Assembly: GCA_964524845.1 (NCBI GenBank)
Contig: CAZGFX010000001.1
Location: forward strand, 163,281 to 227,280
Reading direction: 5' to 3'
Length of the DNA: 64,000 nucleotides
DNA from: an uncultured Gammaproteobacteria bacterium
GTDB taxonomy: Bacteria; Patescibacteriota; Patescibacteriia; CAZGFX01
The translations under genes were made by a program, and so were the position numbers. Positions 55,687-64,000 of the stretch are shown here, in pieces; position 1 is the first letter of the stretch, and every line of letters starts with the position of its first letter. The notes under the pieces were generated by a model that ran no database searches, was not told where the DNA came from, and was given only the letters and a program-made list of their open reading frames with translations.

Positions 55687-57516
55687 ATGAAATCACTGAC
55701 AAATACAATCAAAAACCTTCCATCAAACGCCGGAATATATGAGTTTTTGGATAAAAAAGGAAAAATTCTCTATATTGGCAAAGCGAAAAACCTGAAGAAC
55801 AGAATCAGATCGTATTTTTCATTTGGGAAAAACAGCGCAATAACGCCAAATAGTGATTTAAATTATCAAAAACAAACAATGATTTCTCGTTGTGAACGTA
55901 TTAATTACACTATAGTAACGGATGAACACGAGGCACTTCTTCTTGAAAACACGCTCATAAAGAAACACCAACCTCCTTTTAATATTGACTTAAAAGACGA
56001 CAAAACATATTTATATGTGAAAATATCGAAAAAAACACCCTTTCCACAAGTTGAAACAACAAGAAACACAACCGATAAGGATGCCGAATATTTTGGACCA
56101 TATACATCGGCAAACGACATAAGATCATTGCTTAAATTAATTAGGTTTGTTTTTCCTTTCAGATCTTGCAAAAGAAATCTTTCAAAACTTCCAAACGGAA
56201 GAGTTTGTCTTCTTTATCACCTTGGTTTGTGTTGTGGTCCGTGTGAAAAAAAACAATCAGAAGAAGAATATACTATATCAATTAATAATATAAAAGAAAT
56301 TTTGCGTGGACATTACGATAATTTTATAGAATCAATCACCCGTGCAATGCACGCCGCGGCACAGAACGAGGATTTTGAAAAAGCAAAAATATTTCGTGAT
56401 CACATCCGCACTATAAATAATACTATACGAAAACAATCCGTAATAAGCTCTCGCAAAGAAAATTTCAATGTTCATTCGGTTGTAGAAAAAGATGAGTTGG
56501 TGGCTTATAACGCCCTTTGTGTACGCGATGGTCGAATTATTGATTCAAAAAACACAGTCATAAAGAACAAAGGAGTAAATGATATGAACGAACTTCTTCG
56601 TCAGAATGTATTTAATTATTACAGAGTATCCTCTGACACTCCTAATTTAATAATAATATCTCATCCGATTAATGTTTTACCAAAAAATATTACATCTCCT
56701 CTTGTGTCACAAAATATCGAGAATATCATTGTGCCAAAACGAGGATATAGAAAACAAATACTTGATATAAGCATCAAAAATGCAACAGAAGCACTTATAA
56801 ATCATCGTCTTTCTGAACTTCCGCGTGAACGCATAGCTTCGCATGGAATTATACAATTACAAAAACTGCTTCATATAGCGCGGCCGCTACGCCGCATCGA
56901 GTGTTTTGATATTTCAAACACACAAGGCACATTAAGTTACGGTTCTATGACTGTTTTTATTGACGGCGCGAGCGAGCGAAAACAGTATAGGTTGTTTAAA
57001 ATAAGAAGTGTCACGAAACCAGATGATTACAAAAGTATCTATGAAGTTATCTCGCGCCGACTGATGCGATTAAGTGAAAACGACAAATCCTTTCCACGTC
57101 CTGATCTTATTGTTATTGATGGCGGAAAAGGACAACTTGGCGCGGCGCTAGCGGCCGCGCGAGATCTTGATATCACTAACATACCATTCATCTCACTTGC
57201 AAAACAAAATGAAGAGATTTTTATTCCAAATCATTCTAAGGCTATCCGCCTTCCTAGAAATGCCCCAGCGCTTCTTCTGCTTCAAAACATACGAGATGAG
57301 GCACATCGATTTGGTATTATGCGACACAGAAAAACAAGGGAGAAAAAAATGACTGTTTCTTCTCTTGATGAAATACCTGGCATAGGCCCAAAAACACGAG
57401 TTATTCTTATTGATTTTTATGGTTCTGTTCAAAAAATAAGAGAGGCTGATATTTCGGAGATTATCCGCTTAATTGGACATAAAAAGGCTAAATTAGTAAA
57501 GAAATATATAAAATAG
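55687..57516 (+). CDS. uvrC: Excinuclease ABC subunit C
   Basis: GIY-YIG (NAGIYEFLDKKGKILYIGKAKNLKNRIRSYF), UvrBC-interaction and Cys cluster, RNase H-like endonuclease and (HhH)2 C-terminus. Confidence 0.9.
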   Translation: MKSLTNTIKNLPSNAGIYEFLDKKGKILYIGKAKNLKNRIRSYFSFGKNSAITPNSDLNYQKQTMISRCERINYTIVTDEHEALLLENTLIKKHQPPFNIDLKDDKTYLYVKISKKTPFPQVETTRNTTDKDAEYFGPYTSANDIRSLLKLIRFVFPFRSCKRNLSKLPNGRVCLLYHLGLCCGPCEKKQSEEEYTISINNIKEILRGHYDNFIESITRAMHAAAQNEDFEKAKIFRDHIRTINNTIRKQSVISSRKENFNVHSVVEKDELVAYNALCVRDGRIIDSKNTVIKNKGVNDMNELLRQNVFNYYRVSSDTPNLIIISHPINVLPKNITSPLVSQNIENIIVPKRGYRKQILDISIKNATEALINHRLSELPRERIASHGIIQLQKLLHIARPLRRIECFDISNTQGTLSYGSMTVFIDGASERKQYRLFKIRSVTKPDDYKSIYEVISRRLMRLSENDKSFPRPDLIVIDGGKGQLGAALAAARDLDITNIPFISLAKQNEEIFIPNHSKAIRLPRNAPALLLLQNIRDEAHRFGIMRHRKTREKKMTVSSLDEIPGIGPKTRVILIDFYGSVQKIREADISEIIRLIGHKKAKLVKKYIK

Positions 57517-57618
57517 TGTCGCTATTAAGCCGTATTCCGTGTCTTGCTTTTTTAATACTTTCGTGGTAATATTTTTTAAAATAAACATAAATAAAAACAA
57601 CATAACAAGGAGTTTGTA

Positions 57619-58878
57619 ATGGAATCCCGAACATCGAAACCTTCTTCGCCACCAGGTCAAAATGGTGTAAATGGAGGACACGCTGGTGTTGACCCCATTT
57701 GTAAACTAATTAATCACACGATGCATTCGTTCAATATAATCGATGCATCCAGAATTTACAGAACATTTCTTGAAACCAATATTCGAACACTCAAAAGAGC
57801 AATGTGCTTACCGGAAAATTATGATATAAAGAACTTTAATGTTCTTATCTATGATCTTCCTCTTACAAAAAATCTACTTGATTGGATTAAACATCTGGAA
57901 CAAATAGGTTTTAATGGTGGTCTTCTTTATATAGATCATCACAAAAATGAATCTGATAAAGAAATGTATGATCAAATACAAGGCTCATCATTTGCTATTA
58001 TCAATACTCGAGAGAACTGGCCAAGCACGTTGTATGGAATTATTGAAAAACAGAAACGAATATCTTCTGAACTTCATCCTTCGCTTCCAACTATTCATTT
58101 CTACGGATCAGATTTCGATGGAATAAATTGCGCGTGTGCCGTTGCTTATAATTTTCAAGAGCCGGAAGATGGTTTTTTTGAATCGGTACATAAGGCTGAT
58201 TCAAATAATCGTTATATTATTTCACGTCCAATTATGGGAGACCCGATAACCGAAAAGGAACTGAAATCATACCTCTCTCCAACAGCACAACTTATAGACG
58301 AGGCTTTGAAAGGAACAGGAAACGGCTTTAAAGATCGCCAGGAAATGATGAAAATGATCATTTCTTTCTATGAACACAGTGATTTGGACGAGAATATGAT
58401 AACTGTGTTCAAATACCGACAACTGCAATATCATAAGAAACGCGAGACAACACTTGATTGTTTCAACTCATTATATTTCAGTTTGGTGTTAGATGAAATG
58501 GAAGGAAAAAATGACGATAAAATAAAAACACTTTTCCTCAAAGAACCGGTTGATTCATCGCTTCTTGGGGCACTGATATCGGCAATCATTCCTGAAACAA
58601 TGGTGATTACATATAGTATTTATCCGCCGAAAATGAATACAGAAGGAGACCTTCTGTACACAAAGGTCCTTTATAAAGGAGCGCTGTTCAAAGGATTCTC
58701 TCTTTTCTTCGTGGAATCAATACGAGATATGATACTTACCAAAGAATTGTTCGGTGTAAAAGAAACATATGGCCTCGAAGGCCGTGTAACACTAACCGTA
58801 TACAACTCAGAAAAAAAACAAGAGGTTTTGGATATAATAAAAAACATAATCCTAGCCTATCAATATCAAAAAAACTAA
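57619..58878 (+). CDS. DHH-family phosphoesterase-like protein
   Basis: AAGGAG RBS; motifs NVLIYDLP and GLLYIDHHKNESD (DHH motif III). Confidence 0.55.
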   Translation: MESRTSKPSSPPGQNGVNGGHAGVDPICKLINHTMHSFNIIDASRIYRTFLETNIRTLKRAMCLPENYDIKNFNVLIYDLPLTKNLLDWIKHLEQIGFNGGLLYIDHHKNESDKEMYDQIQGSSFAIINTRENWPSTLYGIIEKQKRISSELHPSLPTIHFYGSDFDGINCACAVAYNFQEPEDGFFESVHKADSNNRYIISRPIMGDPITEKELKSYLSPTAQLIDEALKGTGNGFKDRQEMMKMIISFYEHSDLDENMITVFKYRQLQYHKKRETTLDCFNSLYFSLVLDEMEGKNDDKIKTLFLKEPVDSSLLGALISAIIPETMVITYSIYPPKMNTEGDLLYTKVLYKGALFKGFSLFFVESIRDMILTKELFGVKETYGLEGRVTLTVYNSEKKQEVLDIIKNIILAYQYQKN

Positions 58879-59090
58879 GGTATTAAATTATAATATAAAG
58901 GAGCATTAAATATGTTCCTTTTTTTATTTTTTCAATAAATACCTTATACATTATTTGAAAAATAATGAATTTTGAATACTTTTTCTATTATTTTACGTTT
59001 ATTTCTATACGAAACTCCAAGTGTTTAAAAGGATTGATTTTTTAATGTTTTTATGATATTCTGCCCCTGTTTATTAATTTTGAATTGTTT

Positions 59091-59312
59091 ATGAACATTC
59101 CGTATATCATCAAAATAGTCGAGATTGTGCTTGCTGTTCTTCTTATGATTATTATTCTCATTCAGCAAAAAGGATCAAATCTAGGTGCCGCATTCGGAGG
59201 CGATACTGAGTTTTATCGAACCAAAAGAGGACCTGAGAAAATACTTCATATTATTACTGTTGTTTTGGGAGCCTTGTTTCTCGCTATTGCCGCTATTAAT
59301 CTCTTTGTTTAA
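59091..59312 (+). CDS. secG: Preprotein translocase subunit SecG
   Basis: Two TM helices separated by the Gly-rich loop QQKGSNLGAAFGG; 73 aa. Confidence 0.7.
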   Translation: MNIPYIIKIVEIVLAVLLMIIILIQQKGSNLGAAFGGDTEFYRTKRGPEKILHIITVVLGALFLAIAAINLFV

Positions 59313-59323
59313 TATACACTTTC

Positions 59324-61147
59324 ATGATAGTGTTTCGTACCATTAGGCGAAGTGTCCTTGGTTTTTTCAAAAATATTCGACGAGCGAAAACTGATTCATA
59401 CAAAATCACTCGTCACGAACTTCATGACACCACCCTGGTTCATCGTCTTCGAGGGCGGTTTTTTCCGTCGTTTGATCAGATTATTTATTTTCATAAAGTA
59501 CTTTCCGTTCCTGAAAAAATAATTATTTCAATAGCAACACTGACACTTCTTGGTTCGATTATTGCTGGAAGTGTTTTGTTTTATAATAATCATACTGTTG
59601 AACTACCTGAAAAAGGAGGTAAGTATATAGAAGGACTTATTGGAAGCGTGAAACATGTCAATCCAGTACTTCTTGGAAATAATGATGTTGATCGAGATAT
59701 TGCGAAACTTGTTTTTTCAGGATTATTCAAAACCGATTCTACCGGCTCAACTGTTCCAGATCTCGCTGAGAGCTATTCTATAAGCGAAGATCAAAAAACA
59801 TATACGATCGTGCTCCGAAAAGATCTAAAATGGGACGACGGAGAAGCGCTCACCATAGATGACATATTGTTTACTATAGACACAATAACAGATCCCGAAC
59901 TGAACAGTCCTTTACGATATCTTTTTTCTGATATTGAGGTTACGAGTATTGATGATTCGACAATACAATTCGTTTTAAAAGAACCCTTCGCTCCATTCCT
60001 TTCAAATCTAACTGTCGGCATCATACCAGAACATGTGTGGGCCGAGATATCTGTCAGTAATTACCAAATAAGTGAATTGAATCAAAAACCTATTGGATGC
60101 GGTATGTATAAATTCAAATTATTTGAAAAAGACAGAAGCGACTTCATTAAATCATATACACTCGTTCGAAATGAATATTATCACGGTCAGTCTCCATATA
60201 TTGATGAAATTACTTTTAAATTTTATCCTTCTTTTGACGCTACGCTCGAAGCAATTCATAATGGCAATGTTGATGCAACCGCATATGTACCAGCACAATA
60301 CACAGGTTCTTTCGAAGGAGACAATTCTGTCGTGCTTCATGAACTTACACTTCCACAATATGCAGCATTATTTATGAATCCTCGTAAAAACAAGGCATTA
60401 CAAGACAAATCAGTAAGACAAGCATTGTCAATCGCACTTAATAAGGAACAAATCTTAAACAAAGCACTTGGAAAAGAAGGAACAATTATTCATGCTCCGA
60501 TTCTGCCAGGTTATCTTGGTTATCACAGTAAGGTAAAACGATATGATTATGATCCAGGATATTCTGAATTTCTTCTTGAACAATCTGGATGGAAAAAAGA
60601 CGGCACTAAACGTATAAACAAAAACAATGAGGAACTTAATATCACCCTCGTTGTTCGAGATCAGGAACCAATGCTTGCGGTTGCTGATATGGTAAAAAAG
60701 TTCTGGGAGGCAATTGGTGTCACGGTCAATCTTCAGACTATTCCTAGAAATAAAATTCAGAGAGAAATTATTAAACCGCGCAATTATGACGCCTTGCTTT
60801 TTGGTCAAATTGTAGGAGCCGATCCGGATCCATACCCTTTTTGGCACTCTTCACAAACCAATGATCCTGGTCTCGCTCTTTCTATTTTTGCAAACAAGGA
60901 TATTGACAGACTTCTCGAAGAAGCTCGATCAACAGGAGATACAACTATTCGATATGGCAAGTATATTGAATTTCAAAATCTTCTGAGTGAACTCGCGTAC
61001 GCCATATTTCTTTATACCCCTTCTTATGTGTATCCCCAGTCTTCAAAGATAAAGGGTTTTTCAATCGAACGCATAAACGAACCCGCTGATCGTTTCAATG
61101 ATATTGAAAAATGGTATATCCACACAAATAAAAAATGGCAATCATAA
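59324..61147 (+). CDS. Membrane-anchored ABC transporter family-5 (peptide/oligopeptide/nickel-type) substrate-binding protein; orphan
   Basis: N-terminal TM anchor, SBP_bac_5-like body (..LRKDLKWDDGEALT..DDI.., ..YDALLFGQ..); no adjacent permease or ATPase. Confidence 0.7.
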   Translation: MIVFRTIRRSVLGFFKNIRRAKTDSYKITRHELHDTTLVHRLRGRFFPSFDQIIYFHKVLSVPEKIIISIATLTLLGSIIAGSVLFYNNHTVELPEKGGKYIEGLIGSVKHVNPVLLGNNDVDRDIAKLVFSGLFKTDSTGSTVPDLAESYSISEDQKTYTIVLRKDLKWDDGEALTIDDILFTIDTITDPELNSPLRYLFSDIEVTSIDDSTIQFVLKEPFAPFLSNLTVGIIPEHVWAEISVSNYQISELNQKPIGCGMYKFKLFEKDRSDFIKSYTLVRNEYYHGQSPYIDEITFKFYPSFDATLEAIHNGNVDATAYVPAQYTGSFEGDNSVVLHELTLPQYAALFMNPRKNKALQDKSVRQALSIALNKEQILNKALGKEGTIIHAPILPGYLGYHSKVKRYDYDPGYSEFLLEQSGWKKDGTKRINKNNEELNITLVVRDQEPMLAVADMVKKFWEAIGVTVNLQTIPRNKIQREIIKPRNYDALLFGQIVGADPDPYPFWHSSQTNDPGLALSIFANKDIDRLLEEARSTGDTTIRYGKYIEFQNLLSELAYAIFLYTPSYVYPQSSKIKGFSIERINEPADRFNDIEKWYIHTNKKWQS

Positions 61148-61458
61148 GCTCTTTTTTATTGATTTATGAAGCTTTTTTTTGTCATACGATAACCGCATCT
61201 ATGGACAGAATTCAGAATTAATGCTATCATTCTTTTGATGTTTTGAGCTCTGTATTGCGAGCACACTCTCACATAATAAATATAACTTTGTAGGGAATTA
61301 TCCATATCCCGTTCTATCTGATGTGGACTTTTCTTTATTAGGTTCTCTTTCTTGCTTATACCAATCATTTCCTCGGAGTCGTCCGATCCAATATGGTGCA
61401 CACTATTTTCAGGAAAGATCTTTTTAAAAAATAATTACAATATATAGAATAAATTAAT

Positions 61459-63510
61459 ATGATGAATAAAACACATCGAAAAACCAGAACTCAAGTATAT
61501 AAACGAGAACATGGTACGGAAGGAGTTGTTCATAAAAAACCAATATCCGATTCCACACAAGAAACAAATCAATTAGTGTCACATGAACGAGATAAGGTTA
61601 ATCGTCCTTTGGCCGGAACAACAAAAAGAATTTCTCTTAAAGAAGTTTCGCGAGACATAAAAAAGAATCGTCCTCATCAATACGAACGACAAGGTGCGAA
61701 AAAATCTCACGATCCGAAACGCCATGGCGGACGATCTTTCAGTAAACCAAACCCGATGATGGACGCTGTGAAAGCACGTTCAAGAGGAGGTAGTCTTTTA
61801 AATTCCCCGATTGCTCCGAGAACACAAGTTAAACATCAGTTTCATAAAGATAAGCTCCGTGTTATTGTCGTCGGCGGAAATGAAGAAGTCGGACGAAACT
61901 GCACGTTTATCGAATACGAGAATGATATTATTGTCATTGATCTTGGTATTCAGTTTGCGGAAGAAAACATGCCAGGAATCGATTATATCATCCCGAACAT
62001 AAGCTATCTTCATGGACGCGAAAAGGACATAAAAGGAGTGATTATTACTCATGGTCATCTTGATCATATAGGAGCTATTCCACATATTATGCCGCGTATA
62101 GGCAATCCACCAATATACGCTACACCACTAACAATGGGACTTATACAAAAAAGGCATGACGATTTCCCGAATATTCCACCTTTGAATGCTCAAATGGTAA
62201 AACGAGGAGGGACAATCAAACTTGGTGTATTCACAATAGAGTTTTTCGGTGTCAGTCATAACATACCTGATGCCATGGGACTTATTATACATACGCCCGT
62301 TGGTATCATAGTCCATACTGGGGATTTTAAAATTGATCTTACACCAGCAGGAGATGTTCCTCCCGATATGGCGCGTATAGAACAACTTGGAAATGAGAAG
62401 GTGCTCGCGCTCATGGCGGATTCAACAAACGCATCAGCCCCGGGACATCAATTTTCAGAAACGCAGATTAAGGGAAACATGGAAGAAATCTTTCAAGGAG
62501 TAATGGGCAGACTTATTATAGGTACGTTCGCTTCAAACATAGGACGTGTTCAGCAAATAATTACACTTGCTGAAAAATATAAGAGAAAAGTTCTCATACA
62601 AGGATATAGTATGAAGACAAACATCGAGGTCGCACACAAGCTCGGTCATATTAAATATGAAAAAAACACTGTTATAAGCGAGCAAGATTTGAAAAAAGTT
62701 CCTGATAACCAGCTTCTCGTTGTTTGTACCGGTGCTCAAGGAGAGGCAAATGCCGTACTCATGCGCGTAGTCAACGAAGAACATAGATTTTTGACTATTC
62801 AACCTGGAGATACTGTCGTATTTTCATCGTCTGTCGTTCCTGGAAATGAGCGCACAGTACAAAACCTTACTGATTCACTATATAGGAAGGGTGCGCGCGT
62901 CATTAATTATAAAATGATGGATATTCATGCTGGAGGACACGCAAAACAAGAAGATTTGAAACTCATGCTAAATATGATCAAACCGAAATACCTTATTCCA
63001 ATAGAAGGAAATCACTCTTTTCTTCATCATCATCGTGAAGCTGCAGTCACTTCTGGCTTCCCTTATGAACGCGTATTCATAGCTGATAACGGACAAGTTA
63101 TCGAATTTGATAAAGGAAACACTGGATATTTAACTCTTGAGAAAGTTCCATCTGACTATGTTTTCGTTGATGGGCTTGGTGTCGGAGATGTTTCAAATAT
63201 CGTACTCAGAGATCGCGAAGCGCTCGCACAAGACGGAATGTTTGTCGTAATTGCTGTCGTACAATCTTCAAACGGCAGACTCGTCGGAAGTCCTGATATT
63301 ATTTCACGTGGATTTATTTATATGAAAGACCAACGTCAACTTATAGAAGAAGCTCGCGACAAGGTTCGTGAAATCATAGGACAAGATGATCCTCGTATGA
63401 AAGCAAACGGAGAATATATCAAAAACAAGATTAGAGATGATATAGGTCTCTTCCTGTATCAACACACATTACGCCGACCAATGATACTCCCTGTAATTAT
63501 TGAGGTTTAA
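61459..63510 (+). CDS. rnj: Ribonuclease J (metallo-beta-lactamase / beta-CASP / RMMBL) with ~120-aa basic N-terminal extension
   Basis: HxHxDH motif VIITHGHLDHIGAIPH; beta-CASP motifs; C-terminal domain. The N-terminal K/R-rich tail is unusual. Confidence 0.9.
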   Translation: MMNKTHRKTRTQVYKREHGTEGVVHKKPISDSTQETNQLVSHERDKVNRPLAGTTKRISLKEVSRDIKKNRPHQYERQGAKKSHDPKRHGGRSFSKPNPMMDAVKARSRGGSLLNSPIAPRTQVKHQFHKDKLRVIVVGGNEEVGRNCTFIEYENDIIVIDLGIQFAEENMPGIDYIIPNISYLHGREKDIKGVIITHGHLDHIGAIPHIMPRIGNPPIYATPLTMGLIQKRHDDFPNIPPLNAQMVKRGGTIKLGVFTIEFFGVSHNIPDAMGLIIHTPVGIIVHTGDFKIDLTPAGDVPPDMARIEQLGNEKVLALMADSTNASAPGHQFSETQIKGNMEEIFQGVMGRLIIGTFASNIGRVQQIITLAEKYKRKVLIQGYSMKTNIEVAHKLGHIKYEKNTVISEQDLKKVPDNQLLVVCTGAQGEANAVLMRVVNEEHRFLTIQPGDTVVFSSSVVPGNERTVQNLTDSLYRKGARVINYKMMDIHAGGHAKQEDLKLMLNMIKPKYLIPIEGNHSFLHHHREAAVTSGFPYERVFIADNGQVIEFDKGNTGYLTLEKVPSDYVFVDGLGVGDVSNIVLRDREALAQDGMFVVIAVVQSSNGRLVGSPDIISRGFIYMKDQRQLIEEARDKVREIIGQDDPRMKANGEYIKNKIRDDIGLFLYQHTLRRPMILPVIIEV

Positions 63511-63529
63511 TCAACCAAAAAAACACCTT

Positions 63530-63565
63530 CAAAAACCTGTTATTGGCTAAAATAACAGGTTTTTT
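63530..63565 (+). terminator. Rho-independent terminator (AACCTGTTATT-ggctaaa-ATAACAGGTT followed by T-run)
   Basis: Long perfect stem immediately after the rnj stop. Confidence 0.6.
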
Positions 63566-63660
63566 GATACCCAAACTAGGACTTGACAAAATCGATAGTA
63601 AAGAGTATTATCAAACGATATAAATAACAAGAAAAACAAACTGAAAAAAGGAGATTGTCA

Positions 63661-64000
63661 TGAATAATTTACATTTAAAATTATTGGTTGAAACAGGAAC
63701 ATTATCCGTCGATCAGATGCTTGAAGCGATCAAGCTTTCCGGGAATGATTCGGACGTTGCTAAGGCGGTTGTAAACCAGATCAAATTGGAAACAATGTCG
63801 CAAACCGAAATGTTTGAAGCGATCAAGCTTTCCGGAAATAGTTGGTATGTCGCTAAGGCGGTTATAAACACCAGAACATTATCCGTCGATCAGATGTTTG
63901 AAGTTATTAAGCTTTCCGGAAATCGTTGGAGTGTCACTCAGGCGGTTGTAAATAAGATCAAATGGGAAACAATGTCGCAAACCGAAATGTTTGAAGCGAT
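63661..64000 (+). CDS. Hypothetical tandem-repeat protein (N-terminal part; runs off the window end)
   Basis: GGAG RBS; four or more ~37-aa repeats (LSVDQMxEAIKLSGNxxxVAKAVVNxIKxETMSQTEMFEAIKLSGN) produced by near-identical DNA repeats (ttgaagcgatcaagctttccgg x4). Confidence 0.6.

Noticed and set aside
61156-61401. ORF 61156..61401 (-) between the family-5 binding-protein gene and rnj
   Set aside because: 81-aa ORF in an AT-rich intergenic region with no RBS and odd composition. More likely the rnj promoter/leader region.

Overview
AT-rich (~35% GC), gene-dense bacterial window that reads like a reduced Patescibacteria/CPR-type genome. Housekeeping genes present: dprA, topA, a short Rel/SpoT, parA and parB, pilM, clpC, comFC, a TrmH-like methyltransferase, trxB, uvrA and uvrC, secG and RNase J. 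Five complete tRNA genes (Leu-CAA, Met-CAU, Ser-GCU, initiator Met, Arg-GCG) plus one orphan tRNA 3' fragment. Most striking feature: an 866-aa CDS at 40984..43584 with clear similarity to the eukaryotic major vault protein (MVP). It has a repeated MVP-type N-terminal module, an SPFH-like shoulder and a long charged cap-helix, and the gene is bracketed by an identical 31-bp sequence at each end. It lies next to a tRNA-Arg whose upstream region carries repeat scars, and is followed by ~1 kb of structured non-coding DNA. Other notable points: (i) three different tRNA loci are preceded by tandem ~110-bp repeat units, each carrying a copy of the first 12-23 nt of the downstream tRNA fused to GC-rich hairpins; (ii) the 5' end (>1500 aa) of a giant secreted FG-GAP/YD-repeat (RHS-type) protein runs off the left edge; (iii) three unrelated small genes in tandem share one conserved ~100-bp upstream promoter/operator/RBS module; (iv) the divergent uvrA-uvrC intergenic region is packed with TCGTAATT repeats and an inverted repeat; (v) adjacent RG-rich zinc-ribbon protein and DEAD-box helicase; (vi) an NTase-fold protein paired with a small HD hydrolase. 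Hand-derived coordinates (tRNAs, repeats, trimmed starts) may be off by 1-2 nt; ORF-track coordinates were kept where available.
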